Source: an uncultured Gemmataceae bacterium (lineage in GTDB: Bacteria > Planctomycetota > Planctomycetia > Gemmatales > Gemmataceae). Taken from it: a stretch of DNA of 32,000 nucleotides. This document shows positions 1 to 10,600 of the stretch, piece after piece; position 1 is the first letter of the stretch; each line of letters starts with the position of its first letter. The DNA is taken from contig CAWDRY010000038.1 in assembly GCA_963804745.1 (NCBI GenBank), positions 56,047-88,046 of the forward strand, in the 5' to 3' direction. The notes below the pieces were generated by a model, which was not told where the DNA came from, did not search any database, and saw only the letters and a program-made list of their open reading frames with translations. A program made the position numbers and the translations under genes.

Positions 1-595
1 GTGCCTTCGCCATCTCGACCATCTCCGATGCAAGCTGCCGTTTCGTTTCCGCAGATGGATCTTCCCACTCGAACCCGAACTCCGCTGCTGCCCAATTCAT
101 GTTGCCCAGAGTTTTCTTGTACAGGTGGACGAATGAAATGACGACCTCGTTCTGTAACTCCCTCCAGGTCGCGGCAAAGCGTTTCAAAGTTTCGGCGGTG
201 GAAATCAAGTGGCGTCAGCGATGACACCACAATCGTGTCGTAGCGCCAGACACAAACACTAAGGCCGTACGTCTCTGCCAATCCCGCAATGCATCAACGC
301 TGCGGCGAGCATTGACCACAGAAAACTCTAGCGCCTTCGGGTATGCGTTGATGCTGTGCTGAATGATAAATGGGAAACCCCGCTCGTGGACTTGCTTCAG
401 GTGGGGAACAAACGGGCTGATGTTTTTCGTCCAGAAGACGATGCCGTCCACGTCACGGCGTTCAAGTGAAACTCGAATCACCTGGTTGTGGTTCCACGGG
501 TTGACCATCTTGCAATACCCGGCCCGCAAGCGGTTCAAGAACCAATCGCCGTAGAAGGTGGGGATGTCCGTCTTGTAGCTGGCCGAGATTATCAT
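1..595 (-). pseudogene. DUF1848-family protein, frameshifted, running off the left edge
   Basis: ORF 215..619 carries MIISASYKTDIPTFYGDWFLNRLRAGY...DGIVFWTKN, the N-terminal signature I recognise for DUF1848 (likely ATG at 595). The frame then dies, but family-like sequence continues in two other minus frames: TIVVSSLTPLDFHRRNFE, then LQNEVVISFVHLYKKTLGNMNWAAAEFGFEWEDPSAETKRQLASEMVEMAKA down to nt 1. Confidence 0.6.
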
Positions 596-599
596 GGCC

Positions 600-1433
600 T
601 TAGCCTTTTCTGCGCACAATGCGACAGGCGATATCCGGTTTCAACTTGGGTGAACCGAATTTGCTGAAATAGGGTTCCATATCGGCCTTATCTTCATCCC
701 AAGGCATGCATTCCTCGCCCGCGCGGGCAAGAACGAAAGTGAGATTGCTTTTCTTGGCCAGTCCATCGAACCAGTCCGTGAACCGCGAATCATTGTTGTC
801 GACGTAGAGGAGGACGGCACCTGGCTTCATTTGGGTCATCAGTTCGACGAAATACTCCTTCGCCTTGTCCCGAACGGCGAATACCTCGGAGATAAAATAG
901 ATGAGGGTAAAAAGGTCCGCAATGAAGTGTTTCCTGAATAGCCGCCAGCTGGTCGGGTCGGCGACGTTGATTGGCTGATAGCTGGTGGAAATCCGGAACG
1001 TCGATTTGACCTTGTCGTCCACGTCGCTCCAGGACTCGCTCCAGGCGGGGTCGCGATCGAGGATCTGGCATTTCAGTTCTAACCTTTTCTTAGCGTTGTT
1101 GCAGTACTTCATGATTCCGAGGAAATCGCTGCCGGGCCCGCCGCCGATGCACGACACTACAAGCTTGTCGTTGTTGAAGAGCTTCTGCAAGGTCGGATTG
1201 TTGTTGATCTTGCTGTACACAATGTTCGCGTGGGACGTGGTGTAGCGATAGATGTAGGCAAACCGCCGGCAGGGGTCGCTGTAGTCAAGGCAGCCCTTTG
1301 TCAGCAACCTCCTGTAATCACGCGTGAGCTGATCCAGCGCGGCCCGAATGGCTTCGTCTTTGGATACCTCCTTGCCAGGGATCGCCGCATAAGCTTCGTC
1401 TAGTACGGTCTTGATCAGTTGAAAACAATTCAT
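600..1433 (-). CDS. class I SAM-dependent methyltransferase-like protein, substrate unknown
   Basis: Intact 277-aa ORF. It has a glycine-rich SAM-binding motif I (VVSCIGGGPGSDFLG) followed by an acidic motif (QILDRD), typical of Rossmann-fold methyltransferases. Its 3' end abuts the DUF1848 start, suggesting an operon. Confidence 0.5.
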   Translation of the reverse strand: MNCFQLIKTVLDEAYAAIPGKEVSKDEAIRAALDQLTRDYRRLLTKGCLDYSDPCRRFAYIYRYTTSHANIVYSKINNNPTLQKLFNNDKLVVSCIGGGPGSDFLGIMKYCNNAKKRLELKCQILDRDPAWSESWSDVDDKVKSTFRISTSYQPINVADPTSWRLFRKHFIADLFTLIYFISEVFAVRDKAKEYFVELMTQMKPGAVLLYVDNNDSRFTDWFDGLAKKSNLTFVLARAGEECMPWDEDKADMEPYFSKFGSPKLKPDIACRIVRRKG

Positions 1434-1448
1434 GCTGGGACTCCGAAG

Positions 1449-1479
1449 AATTGTCCATGTTTAGTAATCATGGACAATT
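1449..1479. promoter_or_regulatory. perfect 11-bp inverted repeat (candidate operator) just upstream of the methyltransferase-like gene
   Basis: AATTGTCCATG (1449-1459), a 9-nt spacer, then CATGGACAATT (1469-1479). It begins 16 nt upstream of the ATG at 1433 (minus strand). Confidence 0.35.
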
Positions 1480-1709
1480 GTAGCGGATCTGCGTGGATCA
1501 TGTCTAGGTTTATTTTCTTCCGGCAACCCATCTGCGATTTACGCATGAACCGATGTTTTCGCAGCACTCAATCGGACATGTCTATTACGTTCGCCTCTAA
1601 CCGCTATGTCTTCGGCCAATCCGGAGCCCCGAGACCTCAACGTGCCGTGCCAGGAGCCCGGAGCAACCCGCTGTCACACATACCGCCCAACATCCGTCTG
1701 CCCGAGGCC

Positions 1710-1886
1710 TCATTGTGCCCCCGTTCCCTCCGCCGCCTGTGCCGCCCTCTTCTCCTCTTTCCGCCTCTGAAATATCTCCTGGCACCTCTCCATCTCTTCC
1801 TCCATCTGTTCTTCCGTCAGCCCGCGGAGATACTCGCACATGGCCGCTATCTCCGAATCAAACTGCGCTGGCTCCGGCTCGAACAT
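1710..1886 (-). CDS. small acidic hypothetical protein
   Basis: ORF 1710..1901. An internal ATG at 1886 (MFEPEPAQFDSEIAAMCEYLRGLTEEQMEEEMERCQEIF...) is preceded by a GAGGA-like sequence. No family recognised. Confidence 0.3.
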   Translation of the reverse strand: MFEPEPAQFDSEIAAMCEYLRGLTEEQMEEEMERCQEIFQRRKEEKRAAQAAEGTGAQ

Positions 1887-1957
1887 CTTGTCCTCGCGCA
1901 CCCTCTGTGACTCGCGGATTCGGCTCAGAATGTCCGAACGCCCTCACGACGATCTTC

Positions 1958-2203
1958 TCATCCTTGGAGCGCGTTCATCTTGCGCAGCGCGTTCCGCGCT
2001 TCCATGCCCGCGTCTGCGACCGTTTGGTCTTCCGCTTCACGATAGAGCCGAATCCAGACCTCCCTGTACGTCCGCGGCCAATGCCGGCAGCTTTCGGCAT
2101 CCCGCTTACACGCTTCCCCAATCCTCGCCCAACTCGCCCCGGCGGCCCGCAACTCGGCGGCAATGGTAAGCAGTGTCATCATTCTTTCGGAGATGTTGGA
2201 CAT
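1958..2203 (-). CDS. small hypothetical protein, possible helix-turn-helix regulator
   Basis: Within ORF 1958..2275 the ATG at 2203 (MSNISERMMTLLTIAAELRAAGASWARIGEACKRD...) follows a strong AGAGGAGG Shine-Dalgarno. The LTIAAELRAAGASWARIGE segment looks HTH-like. Confidence 0.45.
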   Translation of the reverse strand: MSNISERMMTLLTIAAELRAAGASWARIGEACKRDAESCRHWPRTYREVWIRLYREAEDQTVADAGMEARNALRKMNALQG

Positions 2204-2538
2204 GACGACCTCCTCTTTAGAATTAGCTGGTGTGCCGAAGTGCGGCTGGATCAGACCAACGAAGCGCTCGCCCAACGCGGTCTACTGAGAGTGCATAATC
2301 TCAGCGCCTGGCCGAAGTGCGATATGTAAATATGTTCAGATGGCCCCGTAACAACTATAAGACATAAAATCGCTTTGTCAAGAAAAACCCTCAAAAGTCA
2401 CATTAACCGGTCCTCAGCGGTCGCCCCGCGGCAGTCAGCGACGCAAGCTATGCACATACCAGACCTTGCAGCGAAATTGCCTCTCATCAAAAACTGAAAA
2501 CACCGGTTAAAACCGGACAGTCACTCCAAAAAAAAACT

Positions 2539-3675
2539 TCACTCCGTCATCCCACGCAGTCGCCCAACCACCGCCGCAATCCGCCCGGCCGCCTCATCCA
2601 CTTCCGCCTCGCTCAACAGCGCGCTGAGACTGAAACGCATCGCCGAGTGCAGCACATCGTCCGGCAGTCCCATCGCCTGAAGCACCGGCGACGGCAGCAG
2701 CGATCCGCTCGAACAGGCCGAACCCGTGGAGCAGGCCACGCCGGCCAGGTCGAGATTCATCAGCAGCGAATCAGCCCGGCAGCCGGGGAACGATACGTTC
2801 AACGTGTGCGGCACCCCACCATGCTCCGGCCCGTTCAGCACCACCGGCCCCGCTTGCCGGTTTAACGCTGCCAGAAATCGCTCCCGAAGATCCATAATGT
2901 GTGTCCATCGAACATCCGCTTCCCGCTGCCACATCTCCAGTGCCTTCGCCATGCCCACCACCAGAGCGACCGGTTCGGTCCCCGGACGCCGGCCGTGCTG
3001 CTGGTGACCGCCCCAGAGTTGTGCATCCAACTTTGTGCCACGGCGCAGCAACAGCGTGCCGATGCCCTTGGGGCCGTGAAACTTGTGAACGCTAAACGTC
3101 AACGCCGTTACGCCAAGCTCGTGAAAGCTGACCGGCAGCCTGCCGACGGCTTGCACGGCATCGCAGTGAAAAACGACTCCAGGCTGGCAGCAGCCGGCGA
3201 GCGCTTGCACCGGCTGCACCGCTCCCGTCTCATTGTTGGCAAGCATGACGCTCACCAGCCTGGTCTCCGGCTTTATCATGCTCGGCAGCGTTTCCGCGCG
3301 GACGATTCCACAGCCGTCCACCGGCAACCAATCGACGGCGAACCCGCTAGCCGCGAGTTGGCGGATCGGCTCAACGACGGAAGGATGCTCAATCGGACTG
3401 GCGACAACATGCCCCGGACCGTCACCCGCGAGGCCGAACAAAGCCAGGTTGTTCGCTTCGGTGGCGCCGCTGGTGAAGATGACCTCATCGGCATGTGCAT
3501 CGAGGATGGCGGCAATGGAGTCGCGGGCATCTTCCAAAGCCCGCCGCGCCCGCCGGCCGGCCTGATGAGCGCTCGCCGGGTTGCCGAACACGTCGGTCAT
3601 GAACGGCTGCATGGCTTCCCAAACAGCAGGCAGCAGCGGCGTGGTCGCGTTGTTGTCGAGGTAGATGCAGTGCAT
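2539..3675 (-). CDS. cysteine desulfurase (NifS/IscS class V aminotransferase family)
   Basis: Intact 378-aa ORF. Motifs seen: YLDNNATTP, GNPASAH, FTSGATEANN, the PLP-lysine motif SVHKFHGPKG, and the catalytic Cys loop STGSACSSG. Confidence 0.9.
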   Translation of the reverse strand: MHCIYLDNNATTPLLPAVWEAMQPFMTDVFGNPASAHQAGRRARRALEDARDSIAAILDAHADEVIFTSGATEANNLALFGLAGDGPGHVVASPIEHPSVVEPIRQLAASGFAVDWLPVDGCGIVRAETLPSMIKPETRLVSVMLANNETGAVQPVQALAGCCQPGVVFHCDAVQAVGRLPVSFHELGVTALTFSVHKFHGPKGIGTLLLRRGTKLDAQLWGGHQQHGRRPGTEPVALVVGMAKALEMWQREADVRWTHIMDLRERFLAALNRQAGPVVLNGPEHGGVPHTLNVSFPGCRADSLLMNLDLAGVACSTGSACSSGSLLPSPVLQAMGLPDDVLHSAMRFSLSALLSEAEVDEAAGRIAAVVGRLRGMTE

Positions 3676-3731
3676 GGGTATTTGTTATCATTATGGCGCC
3701 TGAGTCAAGGGCCGTCAGGAGATAAATCACC

Positions 3732-5530
3732 ATGATTCGCAAGCATTGGCTTCTTATCACCGTCGTCCTGGTGGTTCCCGTCTTGATTCTGCTTCTGGCC
3801 GTTGGCGGGTACTTCGTCGTGTGGCCGTGGCTGACTCCTGCCGTCGCCAAGCCGCGGCCTGTTATCACCGTCGAGGCAGTCTATCCGGGAGCCAACGCCC
3901 AGATCGTCGCTGACGCCGTGGCCGCGCCGTCGAACAGCAGCTCAACGGCGTCGAGAACATGGTATTCATGCATTCACAGTGCGGGAACGACGGAGCCTAC
4001 ACGCTGAACGTAACATTCAAGCATGGAGTCAATCCCGATTTTGCCCAGGTACTGGTCCGGAATCGCGTCAACCTTGCTCATCCGGTCCTGCCGGATGCGG
4101 TCAAGAAAACAGGCATTACAGTCAGGAAGAGGTCCCTTAATGCAGTCATGTTCGTGGTCGTGTCTTCGCCCGACAACAGCCGGGACATCCTCTATCTCGG
4201 CAACTATGCCAATATCCATCTCAGAGACGAGCTAGCCCGACTTCCCGGCGTCGGAGACATCACTGTCATCGGCGCGCGGGAGTTCGGTATGCGCATCTGT
4301 CTCGATCTTGAAAGAATGGCGGCCTGCAACGTGACGGTCTCCGATGTGACCAAAGCGATCAAGGAGCAGCCCGTTGCCGATCTACAGCAGATCGAGAACA
4401 TCAATCTGAAAGCTGACCCCGACAGAATGGTCCGCCTGAAGGACGTGGCTCGGGCGGAACTGGGAATGGACTATCCAGCAAGTTTTGCTCGCCTCAATGG
4501 TAAGCCCGTCGTGGTCATGGGCGTTTACCCCATGCCGCTGTCTTCTCCGCGCGAGTTGAATGTCGCGGTGCAGAACAAGCTGTCGGAACTACGGGGATTG
4601 CTCCCCAATGGCATTGCTGTTGATGTCGCCTTCAACTTCACTCCGAACCTTGTGGCCTCGAACCTGGGGACGCCACCTGAGTACCTGCGGCTCGACATCT
4701 CCTTGCCGGATGGCGTGTCGGTGGAGCGTACTCAGGAAGCTGTGAAACATTGTGAGCAGTTGCTCAACGAAGTGGCAGGTGTGCAGGATATCCTGGCCCT
4801 GAGCGTCCCTCCGTTCACTGCTTCCAGCAACCAGGCCGGCATTCTGCTACATCTGGCTCCTGCGAAGCAGAGACAGGCCAATCGGGAGCAACTCATGCAG
4901 ACTATCCGCGCCCGGCTCCGTGATGGACTGCCGGAAGCGCAGGCACGGGTGTGCGATGTAACGAAGTCGAGCCGATTTCCGCTGGGTGGTTACCCCATCG
5001 AACTCGCCATCCAAGGCCCGGAGCCGGATAAAGTGAGAAGGTTGGCACGCGAGCTAGCTGATCGGCTACGCCAGAGCGAGAAACTGACGGACGTGGGGAC
5101 GAGCGCGGGGGCCGCGTTGGCGCCAAATATCGACATGACCATCGACAGAGCCAGGGCGAAAAGGCTGGGAGTTTCGATGGAGGACATTGACAATACCTTG
5201 CGGGTTCACCGCGGCGCATTTTACGTCAAAGTGAACGTGCAAGTGGATGCCGATGCCCGCAAGCGGATCGATGATCTTAGCATGATGTTGCTCCGCAATG
5301 ATAAGGGGGAAATCGTCCCATTGGCTGCTGTCGTCGAAGTGCATGCAGTGGACTGGCCTGTGGTTGCCGAGCGATTCAACATGAACCCGATGGTGGGAAT
5401 CACGGCCAATCCCGCGCCCGGAGTCTCCCTGAAGGAGGCCCGGTCGCTCTGCGAGACCTTGGCGCAAGAGGTCTGCAAGGAACTCGGAGTGTCGGCGGAG
5501 TACCGGTTGACGTGGATGCAGGAACCGTAG
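3732..5530 (+). pseudogene. RND (AcrB-like) derivative retaining only a signal-anchor helix plus both periplasmic porter/docking loops; one frameshift near 3930
   Basis: ORF 3732..4007 gives a hydrophobic N-terminus then VITVEAVYPGANAQIVADAVAAP. Homology continues in ORF 3959..5530 after a 1-nt slip (..EQQLNGVENMVFMHSQ..). Loop-1-like sequence (..GIAVDVAFNFTPNL) runs directly into loop-2-like sequence (PPEYLRLDISLPDGVSVERTQEAV..). The ORF stops at ..EYRLTWMQEP, where TM8 would begin. No TM2-TM12 equivalents are present. Confidence 0.65.
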
Positions 5531-5561
5531 TAGCCGAGACCGGAGTGGCTCATGACGTTTC

Positions 5562-5984
5562 TTGAAGGAGGGAGGTTCGACGACGTTCCGGCGCTGCCGC
5601 AAGCAACGCGGCCTGGAGCCGGATAATTGTTACTGGATCGTGAGCGAGCCACAGGTTCGCGGCAAGCTCGAAATCGACCTGGCCATAGACCCACCTCCAG
5701 ACCTGGCGATCGAGGTCGACGTCACTCATGGTTCGCTCGCTCGTCTTGACATCTATGCCGCACTCGGCGTGTCAGAGGTGTGTCGCTTCGATGGACAGAC
5801 ACTCACATTCCATGTGCTGGAAAATGGGAGTTACAGCGTGAGTCCGGACAGCCGAACATTCCCGGGCTTGACAGCGGACGACCTGATCGGCTTTGTCATT
5901 CTGCGCATGCAGATGGATGAGAACGCGGTCGTCCGGCAGTTCCGTGCCTGGATCCAGGAGCGGATAGCAACTGGCTGGAAGTGA
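5562..5984 (+). pseudogene. Uma2 (DUF820) family endonuclease, N-terminally truncated
   Basis: GSTTFRR..GLEPDNCYWIVSEPQVRGKLEIDLAIDPPPDLAIEVDVTHGSL..YAALGVSEVCRFDG matches the C-terminal two thirds of Uma2 proteins as I remember them. The N-terminal ~100 aa are absent. Confidence 0.65.
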
Positions 5985-6078
5985 TTCTTCCGTCCGGAAC
6001 GCAGCGAGCCGCTGCTTTCGTGCTTGGCGATACTCGATCATGCAAGTAGAATGGCATCTCAAGAGAAAAAGGGGCATT

Positions 6079-6312
6079 ATGTCCAAACACACCAAAACCA
6101 TTCCCAAGAAGAGATCGAAGCGTGACGGCCGGCCTTCCAAGGCGAACTCCGTTTCGGAAGGTCCTCTGGACATCGAAGTCCTGGCGGCTCAGCAGGGGGT
6201 GAAGCCCATCGAAAAGCCAGAGGATCTGCGCGGCGACTTCTGGCCGGAAGATGAGAGCGTCGATGACTTCTTGAAGGCCAGAAAGCGCTGGCAGCGCGAG
6301 GGACGGAGGTAG
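6079..6312 (+). CDS. antitoxin partner of the downstream VapC (family not recognised)
   Basis: The ATG at 6079 follows AAAAAGGGG. The 77-aa basic/acidic protein ends 5 nt before the VapC start, a typical type II TA layout. Confidence 0.55.
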   Translation: MSKHTKTIPKKRSKRDGRPSKANSVSEGPLDIEVLAAQQGVKPIEKPEDLRGDFWPEDESVDDFLKARKRWQREGRR

Positions 6313-6317
6313 TCGCC

Positions 6318-6719
6318 GTGGCGGTCGTTGTCGATACCAACATCGTTTCGTTCCTGTTCAAGGGCGACACGCGCGGTGACCTATATCTGCCTCACTTGAT
6401 CGGCGAGGTGGGTGTGATTTCTTTCATGACTCTGGCCGAATTGCACCGTTGGGCCCTGGAACGCAACTGGGGACAGGCCAGGAAAGCACGGATGCAACGG
6501 TTCCTACGTCGCTACGTCCTTCACCCCTATGATCGCAGCCTGTGCTTGAGGTGGGCCGAAGTCAGTGACCAGGCGCGTCGCAAAGGGCGGCCCATCGGTG
6601 TCGCGGATGCCTGGGTCGCGGCCACGGCTCTGACGTTGGACATCGCGCTGGTGACGCACAATCCCGGTGATTACGCTGGCGTGACGGGTTTGACGATCAT
6701 CACAGAAGCTGGGCCTTAA
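6318..6719 (+). CDS. vapC: VapC-type PIN-domain toxin
   Basis: GTG start. AVVVDTNIVSF supplies the first PIN acidic residue, LAELHRW the second, and PIGVADAWVAATAL...LVTHN the C-terminal acidic residue. The size (133 aa) fits. Confidence 0.85.
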   Translation: MAVVVDTNIVSFLFKGDTRGDLYLPHLIGEVGVISFMTLAELHRWALERNWGQARKARMQRFLRRYVLHPYDRSLCLRWAEVSDQARRKGRPIGVADAWVAATALTLDIALVTHNPGDYAGVTGLTIITEAGP

Positions 6720-6772
6720 AGGCAGGTCGGGTAGCATGAAGCGGGTTGCCCGCCAGACCATTCACGAACTGT

Positions 6773-7679
6773 TCACGCCGATTCACGCCGCTCTGTCTCA
6801 CCTTCCCCCAGGAACGTCGCCAACCCCGTCGCTGCCGCTTGCCGATAGATCGGCTCCAGCACGTCAAGAAACCGCTCGGCACCTCGCCAGAACGGGAAAC
6901 TCCCCAGTCGTTTCGGCAACGCCGCGGATACCGGCGGCGTCTGCACGTCGCCGAAAAAGTCGTCCGGGAGGCTCGCTCCGGTCCAGAAGGTCGCCGGATC
7001 GGCGGTCAATGGTTCGGCCGGCAGGGCCGCAGTTTGTTCAGCTTGGGAGGCCTCTTCTTTGTCTCTTTGGTGACACCCGCTTCGCCGAGCAAGCGGCAGC
7101 AATTCTTCCCGGCTCAGGCCGCGCAGCTTGAAGATGAGGAACGGATCGCGGTCGAATTCTTCGCCCAGCAGATAGTAGACCGCGGCGATGTGCTTGCACG
7201 GGTTCGACCAGTCGGGGCAGGAACAGTCTGTTTTCAGATCGCCGAGCTTTTCGGGGAAGAGCGACAGCTTCACTTCCTTGAAGACCTGCTCGATGTCCTG
7301 CGGCATCTCGCCGGCCAGGAGCTTGGCCGCGAACAGGGCCTGGCGAGAGAGCGCATCGGCCAGCTTCTTCCATTCCGCGGCGGAGAGAGGCTTGACCTCG
7401 ATGGTGATGTCGTAGGGTTTCGGGCGCGATCCCTGCACCTTGGCCTTGACCTTGCCCTTGTCGATATCGACGGACAGCACCTGGCCTTTGCGGGCATACG
7501 ACCGGCCGCGGCCGAGGCGGGCGCCGATGTCGAAGCTCTCCAGCACGGCGATCCAGCGCTTGGCCCACCAGCTTTGGCCGAAGCCGCCGCGCTTCGACTG
7601 GGCCTTGATGCCGCCCTTGGCCGCCCTCGGCACGGAACGGGGAAAACGGGGGAAGAAGTCGTAACGGCGGTCGCCACAT
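6773..7679 (-). pseudogene. SWIM zinc-finger protein (partner of the SNF2 helicase), apparent early frameshift
   Basis: Motifs: [41 protein letters not shown], and the SWIM finger [16 protein letters not shown]. The ATG at 7679 (TAACATG overlap with the helicase stop) is in a different frame from the conserved body. The span of 907 nt is not a multiple of 3. An in-frame GTG further in could rescue it. Confidence 0.75.
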
Positions 7680-7680
7680 G

Positions 7681-10600
7681 TTATTCTCCCAGTGCTTCCT
7701 TGCGAAGCGCAAACAGCTCCTTCAGTTGATCGTTCGACAACTCCGTCAGCCAGCCTTCGCCCGCTGCCGACGACGCGGGCGGCGATGTCCTTCTTGCGTT
7801 CGATCATCGCGTCGATCTTCTCTTCCAGCGTGCCGACGCACAGGAACTTGTGGACCTGGACGTTGCGCGTCTGGCCGATGCGGAAGGCGCGGTCGGTCGC
7901 CTGGTTCTCCACCGCCGGGTTCCACCAGCGGTCGAAGTGGAAGACGTGGTTGGCGGCGGTCAGGTTGAGACCGGTGCCGCCGGCCTTGAGCGACAGGATG
8001 AAGATGGACGGGGTATCAGGGACTCACGTCCGCCGCTCGCCTGGAAGCGCTCCACCATGCGGTCGCGCTGCTTCTTGGGGACGCCGCCGTGCAGGAAGAG
8101 CACCTCGCGGCCGAAGGTCTCCTGCAAGTGGCGCTGGAGGATCGCGCCCATCTCGCGTGAACTGGGTGAAGACCAGGGCGCGGTCGCCGGTCTCGGCGAT
8201 TTCCTCCAGCATTTCGGTCAGGCGGGCCAGCTTGCCGGAGCGGTCCGGGATGGCCGAGTTGTCGCCGAGGAACTGGGCCGGATGGTTGCACACCTGCTTG
8301 AGCTTGGAGAGCGTCGCCAGGATCACGCCCTTGCGCTGGATACCCTCTTGTGCCTTCTCCAGAGTGTTGGTCGCCTCCTCGACCACGGCGGCGTAGAGCG
8401 AGGCCTGCTCCTTGGTCAGCGTGCAGAAGACCTTCATCTCCAGCTTGTCGGGCAGGTCGGCGATGATCGACTTGTCGGTCTTGAGACGGCGGAGCAGGAA
8501 GGGGCCGGTCAGCCGTTTCAGCCGCTTGGCTGCCTCGGGATCGTGGCCGGCCTGGATGGGGATGAAGAACCGTGCGCTTGAAGTCGGCCTGGGTGCCGAG
8601 GAAGCCGGGGTTGAGGAACTCCATGATCGACCACAGGTCGCCGACGTGGTTTTCGACCGGGGTGCCGGTGAGGGCGATGCGGTAGTCGCCCGGCAGCGAG
8701 CGTGCGGCCTTCGCCTGCTTCGTTTCGGGGTTCTTGATGTTCTGCGCCTCGTCGAGGATGACGCCGGCCCAGTCTACTTCCTTGAAAATGTCGAGGTCGC
8801 GGTGGAGCAGGGCGTAGCTGGAGAGGACGAGAGCGTGCTTCTCCGCCTCCTTCTTGAACGCGGGGCCTTTCTGGCGCTGACCGCCGTGGTGAACCAGGAC
8901 CGGCAGATCGGGCGTGAAGCGCTCCGCTTCCTTGTGCCAGTTGCCGACGACGGACATGGGGCAGATGAGCAGCACCGGTCGCCGGCCATTGCTTTCCCAG
9001 TCGCGCTGGATGAGGGCGAGCGTTTGCACGGTCTTGCCGAGACCCATGTCGTCGGCCAGGCAGGCGCCCAGGCCCGAACGGCGCAGGAAGCCGAGCCAGG
9101 AGTAGCCGCGCACCTGGTAAGGACGCAGCGTGCCGTGAAACCGTGCCGGCGATGACAGTTCTTCAAACGCGGTCCGACCCTCCAGTTGAGCCAGGAAGTC
9201 CTTGACCCAGCCGTCGGCGCTGACACCGTCGATGGCGAGACCGCCCGGCGCCTTGGTACGCGCCCAGGGCCATCTGCACGACCTCGCGAAGTGTCGTCTT
9301 GCCGGTTTCCTTGTTCTTCCAGAAATCGAGGGCCGCCTGGATTTCGTCGGCATTGAGCTGCACCCACTGGCCGCGCACCCTGACCAGCGGCGCCTTGAGC
9401 TTGGCCAGGGTTTCGAGTTCTTGCAGCGAGAGTAGCTGGTCGCCGATGGCCACTTGCCAGTCGAACGCGAGGGGATCGCCGAGAGATACGCCGCTGGTGT
9501 TCTTCATCTTGGGGGACTTGACGTTCGCCCGGACGCTCAGCCGCAGCTTGGTGCCCTTGCGCGTCCACCATGCCGGCAGCATGACGCCGAATCCCGCTTG
9601 TTCCAGCAGCCAGGCTTGTTCGGTCAGGAAGGTGTGCGCGCCAGTGGCATCGAGTTCGTAATCGGCAGGCGTGGCCGTCTTGAGGCTGGCCTCGACCGGC
9701 GGGCAGACACGCGCCGCCTGGCCCAGGGCAGCGAGCAGGTATTCGCGCGGATGGAAACCGTTGCGCTGCAAGACTGCCGCCTTGCGTCCTTTGGCCGTCC
9801 AGGCCTCCTCGACGGGAACGAGCAGGCTGGGATCGTCGGCGGCTTGCAAGAGATAACGGAGCCGCCAGGGATCGCGTGCGGACTCCATCGAGAGCGATCT
9901 CGTCACCATTAACCTTGGGTTCCTCCAGCCGAAAGCAGAGCCGAAACGGAGTCACTGCCGACACGGCGACAGGCCGTTGCCATTCGCGGACTTGCTCGGC
10001 CAGCTTGTGCAGTTCGGCTGCAGCGCCGGTCAAGTTGTCCTCGTCGGAACGCAGCGCATGCAGCCATTGATCGTGAACACTGTCGAAGGATGCCTTCGCC
10101 ATCTTGCGAACAGGCGCCGCGACGAGTGCGACCGGCGCGGCCGAGGAGCGGACCAGGGCATCGACCATCTTGTCGAGGAAGGCGGAGAGCACCGTAGCTG
10201 CCGGCGTGGCAGGCGGCTGGTCGCTCGACTCAGTACACAAGGCCCGGCACGCCGGGGGCATGGCTTGCGCGAGTTGGCGGAAGCGTTGCGCATCGTTCCC
10301 GGCCAGGATCGGCTTCCAGCGGGCGTGGATGCCGTCTTCCATCTCCACCAGGTCCGGCAGGAACTGCTCGCGGGCCACCAGCGCACCGGCGAGGCGAAGC
10401 GCGGTTGTCCAGTATGCCAGCGTTTTGCCGACGACCACGCCAGGTGCCAATGTTTCTCGATCCTGTACAGGCGCAGAGCAAATCGACGGCCTGAGCGGTG
10501 GTCAGGTACAGTGCCGGCACGGTCCAGGGAGAGAGTGTCACTTCGGCGGCCGGCGGCCGGCGGTTCGGCAATGAGCGGGCTGGAGGCTATCGGCTGCTGC

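Noticed and set aside
2498-2530. Terminator for the cysteine desulfurase gene (CCGGTTAAAACCGG with a nearby A/T run)
   Set aside because: The stem is only 4 bp and the T-run on the relevant strand is interrupted. Too weak to call.
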